A model generated the notes under the pieces. It saw only the letters and a program-made list of their open reading frames with translations. It was not told the origin of the DNA and did no database searches. From an uncultured Bacteroidota bacterium (GTDB lineage Bacteria > Bacteroidota > Bacteroidia > Flavobacteriales > Flavobacteriaceae), in contig CACLQX010000001.1 of assembly GCA_902609185.1 (NCBI GenBank), positions 2,825 through 66,824 on the forward strand: a DNA stretch of 64,000 nucleotides, in the 5' to 3' direction. The translations under genes and the position numbers were made by a program. This document shows positions 9,849 to 17,430 of this stretch, piece by piece (the stretch's first letter is position 1; each line of letters opens with the position of its first letter).

Positions 9849-12800
9849 TTAAAATGAAGAATTTTAGAAACATATCGCTAATAATTTTTACTTTTTGGAC
9901 TTTACTGTTCTCTGTCAATATTCAATCTCAGGTTAATAATATTAGCCAAAACAGAACATATGACACTGATGCAACGAAAAACACTGTTTATTTTATTGGC
10001 AATAATGAGTGTATCAATATTACCATTGATCTAAACATGATATCATTCCAAGATCAAAATGGGAATTACTATGGATTTGATTTGGGTGATGGAAATAACT
10101 ATCAACCAATCCCCGATAATTGGGATTTTGAAATTACCAATTTACCATCACCAGGAAGTGAATTATCCTCCGATGGTAAAACCTTTAAATATTGTACTGG
10201 ATCCGAAAACCCAAATAATACTTTCACCATAAGAATAAGAATTTTTGATAAAAATACAGGTACTGATATTTCGAATCTAGGTAATGTAAATCTTACCTTA
10301 TATATAAGAGATAAATTTAAAATTGGTAATGGAATCTGGAATGCCTGTGTGAGTCGATTTATTCTCTCTGTTAGTGAAACTATTGATGGAAATAATCAAT
10401 CTGCTTGTTCACCCTACACGATTAAAGTTTACAAATTAAATGAAAAAGACGCCGGACCAATTTATGAAAATACACAAGATAATAACACTTGGAATTTAGA
10501 TCTTGATATTGGACAATATCAGGCAGATATTACGGACAGTTGTGGTCAGCTCATTGAAAATTACTTAATTGATATTAGGGATGCTTACACATTTTCCGTT
10601 GATATTCTCTTTGAGGGATTCCAGTGTTTTGATGATAACAGTGGGCGAGTTGTGGTACAAATTAAAGGTGCTCAAGTATTTCAAGGTGGTGATTTGGATG
10701 GACAAATTAAATGGAGTCTAACAAATGCTAATGGTGATATAATTAGAAGTAATGGTACAAATACTGGACAGTCGAATTATTCATCTAATCAGGGTGGAGG
10801 ACCTCCTTTTGATTATGGTGTTGTAGATTTAGCAATTGAAATTCTGGGCCTCCCTGAGGGTACTTATACATTCTATTTTGAAGATGCTAATGGTTGTACT
10901 GAGGAAAAACAAATTACAATTGAAAAGTCAGTTCCAATTACAGCAGGTCTATTGGATGGTGCAGTTGATCAATTAGCATGTCACGGAGATACAAATGGTA
11001 AATTATGCTTTAAAGCTTCTGGAGGTTGGACTGAGCCATGGGATGGTAATACAATTAATACAGATGCTTGGGGAGCTCCTTACACTTTTACACTTTTAAA
11101 TTTAACAACTGGACAGGGATATAGTTCAGTTAGTGTAACTAATCATTTTGATAACAGCGGAAATCAAGATGGTTATCAAACATGTTTTAATAATCTTCCT
11201 GCTGGTAAATATCGATTGACAGTTGGAGAAACTGTTGCGAATGATCCTTATGACAGCACTAAAACGATTTTGTGTGAGAGAAGTTTTCAGGAGTTTGAAA
11301 TTACTGAGCCTGACCCAATAACAACTGCTCAATCAACGATAAAAGGTATTACATGTAAGGGTGATGATGATGGTGCTATTAATTTAGTCGTTGCTGGCGG
11401 AACATCCCCATTTACTTATTCTTGGACTAAATCAGGTGATACATCCTATTCTGCATTAACTGAGGATTTGAGTGACTTATCACCAGGAACATACAATGTT
11501 ACGATCACAGATGCCAATGGTTGTTCGATTTCTAGATCATTTACAATTGAAGAACCTGACACCTTAGAAATGCAAGCGTCTATTTTAACAGAAATATTAT
11601 GTTATGGTGATGACGGGTCAATAAAAGCTGAGATTACAAAACAATCTGATGGTCCATATGTATTTAGAATAAGCGGTACGGACTTTAACAACAATATAAT
11701 TACACCAGTAGGTGTAACACTGTCAGATGTAAATAATCTGAGTACAATATTTGTAGTAAAGGCAGGTACTTACATAGTTTCTGTAACTGATGCTAATGGT
11801 TGTCAATTGGCTGAGGAAAATATTACCCTTACACAGCCTGATGCTCCACTTACAATTGATAGTTCTACCATTCAAAATATTTCATGTTTTGGAGCTGATG
11901 ATGGCTCAATTGATCTAGTAGTTTCAGGTGGTACAGGTGCTTACACGTATCAGTGGTCTAATGGAGCAACCTCTGAGGATTTATCCAACTTAGCACCAGG
12001 AACATATACAGTTACAATAACAGATGTTAATCAGTGTTCAACTTCAGAACAATATACTGTTACTGAGCCAGCACTATTAGTTGCTTCCGGAACTAAATCT
12101 TCTCACAATGGTTTTGAAATTACATGTAATGGTGCTGATGATGGATCAATTGACCTAACAGTTTCTGGAGGAACCAGTCCTTATATATATTCTTGGACAA
12201 AAACAGGTGATGATTCTTACACTAGTTCTTCAGATGATATATCAGACCTGTCACCTGGAATATACCTAGTAAATGTAATTGATGCAAATGGATGTAGTTC
12301 AGATCAGACATTTACTATTTCTGAACCAGATGAATTATTAATTTCTTCATCAATTTTATCAGCCATTGGTTGTTACGATGGAAATGCAAACATTCAAGTC
12401 GATGTTGCTCAGGCATCTGTTGGTCCTTATGTGTTCACATTAGTTGGAAATGATTACAACAATCAGCCTGTTTCTTTGACTTCAAGTTCATTAGTTGAAT
12501 CCGATTTGGATGCTGTGTTTAATACTGTTAAAGCTGGGGTGTATACAATAAGAGTTACGGACAGAAATAATTGTTTTAAAGAACTCCCATTAACAATCTC
12601 TCAACCTGATGCAATCACAATAGACTATCAAGTTTCTGATTATAATGGCTTTAGTGTAAGCTGTGTGGATTCTAGCGATGGTTCAATAAATATTTCAGTT
12701 GTTGGTGGTACAATAAACAATACTGACTATACATTCTCATGGTCTACAAGTGACGGTTCAGGTCTTGATTTAAGTTCATTGAATCAAAATGGTCTTTCTG

Positions 12801-15673
12801 CAGGAACATACAATTTAATTGTGAGTGATGATAATGGATGTAGTATTCAGCAAGAGATTGTATTAGATGAGCCAACAGAAATTACAATTACTGAAAATAT
12901 ATCTAATTACAGTGGTTATCAAATTAGTTCATCTGGTGGTAGTGATGGTACTATAGTATTGAATGTAGTTGGTGGCACAAATAGTTTTACTTACAAATGG
13001 TCGACTAATGATGGTAGCGGCCTGGCTGCAAATCAAAAAGATCAGAGTGGTCTTTCTGCTGGCACATATACAGTTGTTGTTACTGATTCAAACGGATGCT
13101 CTGTTACAAAAACTTACACATTAGAAGAACCTACTGCATTGCTGATTTCGATTGACAATAGTGTTGTCTCAAATATTGCATGTTTTGAAGGAAACACAGG
13201 AAAAATTAAAATTGATATCGATCAAGCTTCTGTTGGACCATATACTTATGAAATCTTTGGTACTACTTACACTGGTGATCCGTACCTAAACAGAGTTGAT
13301 AATATTGATCTGCTAACTTACACCTTTACTGGCCTGGTAGCTGGTAAGTATCAGATAACAGTTACTGATGGTAACGGAAATTCAAATACAACAGGTATTA
13401 AAGAAATTACTCAGCCTGAAACCCCTTTAATTGTTACAGCTGTTTTGTCAACATATGGTAATTTTAATGTTGGGTGTCAAACTGATAACGATGGTTCAAT
13501 TGATATTACAGTTTCAGGTGGTAATGTTGCAGGAAATGCAAATTACACCTACGTCTGGTCAACAACAGATGGAAGTGGCTTAATTCAAGGTGATGAAGAC
13601 CAATCTGGATTGGGCCCAGGAACATACACGGTTTCTGTAACAGATGAGAATAATTGTACAGCAACCCAATCCTTTACTTTAACTCAGGCGCAACCATTGA
13701 ATTATGTATTGGATAGAAAACAAGATATTACGTGTTTTGGAGATGATGATGGAGCAATTGAAATTTCAGTGAATGACGGTACAGGCGTTTACACATACGA
13801 TTGGTCAACCACTAACGGGAGTGGACTGGTTCAAGGCCAGCAAGACCAATCTGGACTAAGTCCTGGTGATTATAAATTGATTTTATCTGACTCATGTACA
13901 ACTCTTGAGTATAATTATACGATCAGATCGCCTGGAGAACTAGAAATTTCACTTGATGAAGTTCAAAATGTTTTATGTTTCGGAGATAGTACTGGAAAAA
14001 TATCTGTTACAGTATCTGGCGGAACACAACCTTACAATTACGTATGGATAGATAATTTTGGAAACACTTATAACAGAGATATTGGGAATGTCTTTAACTC
14101 AGGAAACTTATCAAATATTCCTGCTGGAACATATACCTTAACTTTAACAGATTCTAATCAATGTAGTGCAACATTGCCGCCAGTAGAGATTACTGAGCCG
14201 GCAGATTTATTATTGTCATTTGATAAAACAGACCTGAGTTGCTACAACTCCAATGATGGTACAATAACTGTAACTGCATCAGGTGGTGTATCACCTTACA
14301 CATATACTTGGAGTGATTTAGGAAATGGAAGTTCAAGAGATAATCTTGCTGCAGGAACATATTCAGTCATAGTTAAAGATGCAAACGAATGTGAGGAAAC
14401 AGTTGATATTGTTATTGCAAATGCTGAATTATTTGATGTAGATCCAGTGATAACTCAAATCAGCTGCTTTGGAGCAAATGACGGAAGTATTGAATTAAAT
14501 TTTGTTGGTGGTGTTGGAAATGTAAATGTTCAGTGGACTGATGACTCAACTGCTGGCGTAAATAGAAACAATTTATCTCCTGGAGTTTACTCAGTTTTAA
14601 TTACGGATGAATCGTCATGTACTATTGAAAGAGACTTCACAATTATTGAGCCTCAAGAAATAGAAATTACAGGAATAATCACAAATGCTATTGATTGTAT
14701 TGAACCGAATAGCGGCTCAATTGATTTGCAAGTTGCTGGTGGGACTGCCCCCTACACATTCTTGTGGTCCAACGGCTCAACAACTGAAGATCTTACAAAT
14801 GTCCCTGCAAACAACTATTTAGTTACTGTTACAGATTCTAATGGTTGTATTTCTGAAAAGGAATTTGAAATAACAAGACAGGACGATTTAGAGATCATTT
14901 TAGATACAGAATTATTTGCAATTTGTGATACAAGAGAAGTCTTCCAGAAAAGTACTGTTTCATTTTCTGGTGGTGTTGCCCCGTACACAATAACATGGTC
15001 CAATGGTGTTGTTACGGGTTCAAATGGTGAAATAATGGATACAAATGTTGAAGGTTCATATGAAGTTACTGTTACCGACTTTCTTGGTTGTAGCGAGTCA
15101 TTGATTTTTAATGTGAGTTTACCTGAGATTGGTTTTCCAGAATTTGATTACACATCATTTTATTTTACAAACTATGGTGGGTTATCAATCAATGATCCAA
15201 TCACATTCACAAACCAATCATCTCAAGAGTATTTCTCTGTGCTTTGGAATTTTGGAGATGGAAATACATCAACAGATGAAAACCCAACACATACATATTC
15301 AGCTAGGGGATGGTATGATGTAACACTTACTGTTGAATTTATTTTAGGGTGTTCATACTCAATTACAAAAACTCTATACATAGGAGATGATTACGAAATG
15401 GTTATACCAAATGCTTTTACTCCAAATCTTGATAATATAAATGAAACATTTAGACCAGTCTATTATGGAATTACCAGTATTAGATTAACTGTATATGATA
15501 CTTGGGGAACACTTATATATTACGAAGATTCAACAGAAAATGAAATGATAGGATGGGACGGAACAATCAATGGTAAAAAAGCTGAGAACGGAAACTTCTT
15601 TTATCAAGTTTCTGCTACTACATACACAGGAAATTTGATTGAAAAAAATGGTGCATTTACATTAATAAGATAA
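9839..15673 (+). CDS. Giant cell-surface adhesin: SprB-type repeats + PKD domain + T9SS type-B C-terminal sorting domain
   Basis: 1944 aa; a more likely start is ATG 9854 (MKNFRNISLIIFTFWTLLFSVNIQSQ signal). There are at least 15 tandem Cys-containing modules of the C.G..DGSI.L.VSGG..PY.Y.W...G......L..L..G.Y.V.V.D.NGC type. A PKD-like segment (WNFGDGNTSTDENPTHTYSARGWYDVTLTV) lies at about 15205-15335. The type-B sorting domain (VIPNAFTPNLDNINETFRP...GWDG...G.FFYQV) lies at about 15398-15670. Confidence 0.9.
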   Translation: MYVIKMKNFRNISLIIFTFWTLLFSVNIQSQVNNISQNRTYDTDATKNTVYFIGNNECINITIDLNMISFQDQNGNYYGFDLGDGNNYQPIPDNWDFEITNLPSPGSELSSDGKTFKYCTGSENPNNTFTIRIRIFDKNTGTDISNLGNVNLTLYIRDKFKIGNGIWNACVSRFILSVSETIDGNNQSACSPYTIKVYKLNEKDAGPIYENTQDNNTWNLDLDIGQYQADITDSCGQLIENYLIDIRDAYTFSVDILFEGFQCFDDNSGRVVVQIKGAQVFQGGDLDGQIKWSLTNANGDIIRSNGTNTGQSNYSSNQGGGPPFDYGVVDLAIEILGLPEGTYTFYFEDANGCTEEKQITIEKSVPITAGLLDGAVDQLACHGDTNGKLCFKASGGWTEPWDGNTINTDAWGAPYTFTLLNLTTGQGYSSVSVTNHFDNSGNQDGYQTCFNNLPAGKYRLTVGETVANDPYDSTKTILCERSFQEFEITEPDPITTAQSTIKGITCKGDDDGAINLVVAGGTSPFTYSWTKSGDTSYSALTEDLSDLSPGTYNVTITDANGCSISRSFTIEEPDTLEMQASILTEILCYGDDGSIKAEITKQSDGPYVFRISGTDFNNNIITPVGVTLSDVNNLSTIFVVKAGTYIVSVTDANGCQLAEENITLTQPDAPLTIDSSTIQNISCFGADDGSIDLVVSGGTGAYTYQWSNGATSEDLSNLAPGTYTVTITDVNQCSTSEQYTVTEPALLVASGTKSSHNGFEITCNGADDGSIDLTVSGGTSPYIYSWTKTGDDSYTSSSDDISDLSPGIYLVNVIDANGCSSDQTFTISEPDELLISSSILSAIGCYDGNANIQVDVAQASVGPYVFTLVGNDYNNQPVSLTSSSLVESDLDAVFNTVKAGVYTIRVTDRNNCFKELPLTISQPDAITIDYQVSDYNGFSVSCVDSSDGSINISVVGGTINNTDYTFSWSTSDGSGLDLSSLNQNGLSAGTYNLIVSDDNGCSIQQEIVLDEPTEITITENISNYSGYQISSSGGSDGTIVLNVVGGTNSFTYKWSTNDGSGLAANQKDQSGLSAGTYTVVVTDSNGCSVTKTYTLEEPTALLISIDNSVVSNIACFEGNTGKIKIDIDQASVGPYTYEIFGTTYTGDPYLNRVDNIDLLTYTFTGLVAGKYQITVTDGNGNSNTTGIKEITQPETPLIVTAVLSTYGNFNVGCQTDNDGSIDITVSGGNVAGNANYTYVWSTTDGSGLIQGDEDQSGLGPGTYTVSVTDENNCTATQSFTLTQAQPLNYVLDRKQDITCFGDDDGAIEISVNDGTGVYTYDWSTTNGSGLVQGQQDQSGLSPGDYKLILSDSCTTLEYNYTIRSPGELEISLDEVQNVLCFGDSTGKISVTVSGGTQPYNYVWIDNFGNTYNRDIGNVFNSGNLSNIPAGTYTLTLTDSNQCSATLPPVEITEPADLLLSFDKTDLSCYNSNDGTITVTASGGVSPYTYTWSDLGNGSSRDNLAAGTYSVIVKDANECEETVDIVIANAELFDVDPVITQISCFGANDGSIELNFVGGVGNVNVQWTDDSTAGVNRNNLSPGVYSVLITDESSCTIERDFTIIEPQEIEITGIITNAIDCIEPNSGSIDLQVAGGTAPYTFLWSNGSTTEDLTNVPANNYLVTVTDSNGCISEKEFEITRQDDLEIILDTELFAICDTREVFQKSTVSFSGGVAPYTITWSNGVVTGSNGEIMDTNVEGSYEVTVTDFLGCSESLIFNVSLPEIGFPEFDYTSFYFTNYGGLSINDPITFTNQSSQEYFSVLWNFGDGNTSTDENPTHTYSARGWYDVTLTVEFILGCSYSITKTLYIGDDYEMVIPNAFTPNLDNINETFRPVYYGITSIRLTVYDTWGTLIYYEDSTENEMIGWDGTINGKKAENGNFFYQVSATTYTGNLIEKNGAFTLIR
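11561..13933 (+). repeat. In-frame 3x higher-order repeat (units of 771, 801 and 801 nt) inside the adhesin gene
   Basis: Each unit is one long 'B' module (C[YF].G....I...I.QAS.GPY.F...G..Y......AG.Y.I.VTD.N.C) plus two SprB-type 'A' modules. The unit boundaries I mapped are 11561-12331, 12332-13132 and 13133-13933. All are in frame with 9839. Confidence 0.75.
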
Positions 15674-15726
15674 TTTCTCGAGGTATTCCAGATTAATTTT
15701 ATATTTTAGTTAATTAACTTAAAAAA

Positions 15727-16305
15727 ATGAAAAGAATATTATTTATATTTTCTTTAGTGCTTATCATTTCATGTGAATCACCTGTAAACAATGGAGTATC
15801 TGAAGAAAATCAGGCAAAATTTGAACAACAAATAGAGTCTTTTAGAACATTCACAGAAGGGTTTAGCAAAGAGGACGTAGAATTGACAATGAGTGTCATA
15901 GCTGATGATATACAGTGGAGCCCCCCAGTATATAATGGAGGAGAAACTATTGGATATGATGGCTTTGTTGAGGCTTTAAAAGGTTATTTTGAAACTTTCG
16001 ATAATGTACAGTTTTTTGAGGGAGAGGGCCCTAACCTTGGTCCAGCTCTAAGTGCAGATGCTAACACTGCCTTTTGGTCTGGGTCTTTATATTCAAGTGC
16101 AACCCCAACTGATGATCCAAGTGGGTTAAGAGTTTATGGTGTTTGGAAATGGAAGCACACAGAATCAGGAGCTGAAGGTGGAAATAAATGGTATGGATTA
16201 ATCAATTTTAATGATGAAGGAAAAATATATGGATTTAGTGATTATATGGATTACCATGGTATGCAAGTTCAAATCGAAAACTATCTAAAATCAAGTCAAA
16301 ACTAA
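15727..16305 (+). CDS. Lipoprotein, NTF2/SnoaL-like fold (paralogue 1 of 3)
   Basis: 192 aa with lipobox LVLIISC. The C-terminal pattern RVYGVWKWKH....KWYGLINFNDEGKIYGFSDYMDY is shared with the third gene of the trio. Confidence 0.7.
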   Translation: MKRILFIFSLVLIISCESPVNNGVSEENQAKFEQQIESFRTFTEGFSKEDVELTMSVIADDIQWSPPVYNGGETIGYDGFVEALKGYFETFDNVQFFEGEGPNLGPALSADANTAFWSGSLYSSATPTDDPSGLRVYGVWKWKHTESGAEGGNKWYGLINFNDEGKIYGFSDYMDYHGMQVQIENYLKSSQN

Positions 16306-16308
16306 ATT

Positions 16309-16839
16309 ATGAGAAATTTTATATTATTATTTGTAGCAGCCTTGTTTGTAGGCTGTGCATCATCTGGTGTTCAAGTAACATTTGATGATGAAAAATCAAA
16401 CGCAATTAGAGCTCACATTCAAAATTATTGTAACAATGATGTTGAAGCTGTTTTAGCTCTCGCTGCTGACAATGTTGAAGTATACATAAATAGCAGTGAA
16501 CCAATATCGCTTGAGGATGTTTTATCTATTGTAGAAGTTCAACATGCTACATTTGGACCAATTACAACCTCTTGGTCTCAAGATGATGGTGGAGAGGATA
16601 TTGGTGCTTGGATTGAGTCAACAAATTATCCTGAAGGACCAGCTAACGAGGCAGTTAGTGTTACTCAAGCATGGTTTACGTGGAATGGAACTTCAAAATT
16701 ATCTGGAGAAGTAATTTCAGTTCCAGTTCATGTCGTTTATGTGTGGAATTCTGAGGGCAAAATTGAGACCGAATATCAGTTTTATGACCCAACTAATATT
16801 GCTGCTGCTGTTGAAGCATCTCTAGCCGCTTCAGAATAA
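16309..16839 (+). CDS. Lipoprotein, NTF2/SnoaL-like fold (paralogue 2 of 3, most divergent)
   Basis: 176 aa with lipobox ALFVGC. It has a similar length and layout (helical N-terminal half, then W/Y-rich strands ending ..VWNSEGKIETEYQFYD). Confidence 0.65.
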   Translation: MRNFILLFVAALFVGCASSGVQVTFDDEKSNAIRAHIQNYCNNDVEAVLALAADNVEVYINSSEPISLEDVLSIVEVQHATFGPITTSWSQDDGGEDIGAWIESTNYPEGPANEAVSVTQAWFTWNGTSKLSGEVISVPVHVVYVWNSEGKIETEYQFYDPTNIAAAVEASLAASE

Positions 16840-16862
16840 CATTAAAATTTAAATCATATATA

Positions 16863-17381
16863 ATGAAAAAAATACTTTTCACATTTTCAATACTTTTATT
16901 TGTCGCATGCGCGTCTGATGATGATAAAGCAAAAATTGATGGTGCTAATCAATTTGTAAGTGGTATTGAAAAATTTAATACAAATAAAGCTTTGTTAGAT
17001 CAACATTTTAACTCTTTTGAAGCGGGAAAGCTTGATGAAATGATGGCTGCTATGAGTGAGGATTTAGTATGGTATTCAGCAAATGGTGATACATTATCTA
17101 AACCTGATTATGTTCAGGGAATGAGTGGCTGGCATTCAGAATTTGAAAATTTTAATTTCACAGAAAGACAGTATTTTCCTGGTGTTGATGATTCACTCTA
17201 TATACCCAATGGGTCTGTAAGAGTTTATGGTATATGGAAGTATAATCATAAAGCAACAAAAATGGATTTTTCAACCAAATATTATGGTGTGGCAGAATTT
17301 AATGAAGAAGGACTACAGACAGTTGATTATGAATATTTTGATGTGGGTGGAATCTTTCTTAAGTTACAGCAGGCTCAATAG
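16863..17381 (+). CDS. Lipoprotein, NTF2/SnoaL-like fold (paralogue 3 of 3)
   Basis: 172 aa with lipobox LLFVAC. RVYGIWKYNH....KYYGVAEFNEEGLQTVDYEYFD parallels paralogue 1. Confidence 0.7.
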   Translation: MKKILFTFSILLFVACASDDDKAKIDGANQFVSGIEKFNTNKALLDQHFNSFEAGKLDEMMAAMSEDLVWYSANGDTLSKPDYVQGMSGWHSEFENFNFTERQYFPGVDDSLYIPNGSVRVYGIWKYNHKATKMDFSTKYYGVAEFNEEGLQTVDYEYFDVGGIFLKLQQAQ

Positions 17382-17405
17382 TGAAATAATAACTTTAAAA
17401 TAATT

Positions 17406-17430
17406 AAAGGGGTTTTATACCCCTTTTTTT
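17406..17430. terminator. Bidirectional intrinsic terminator candidate between convergent genes
   Basis: AAAGGGG-ttttata-CCCCTTT stem-loop followed by a T-run on the + strand and flanked by an A-run (T-run on the minus strand). It overlaps the aconitase stop codon (17415-17417). Confidence 0.45.

Noticed and set aside
9839-9853. ATG 9839 as the adhesin start (MYVIK-MKNF...).
   Set aside because: I did not fully reject it, since I kept the coordinates. ATG 9854 gives a standard signal peptide (MKNFRNISLIIFTFWTLLF) and avoids the 10-nt overlap with the porP-like gene, so it is the more likely start.
11310-15125. I considered whether the periodic DNA in the adhesin gene might be a CRISPR array or a non-coding tandem repeat.
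   Set aside because: The repeats are in frame and 230-290 nt long. They are diverged at the DNA level but conserved as protein modules with spaced Cys/Gly. There is no short identical repeat/unique spacer structure and no cas genes.
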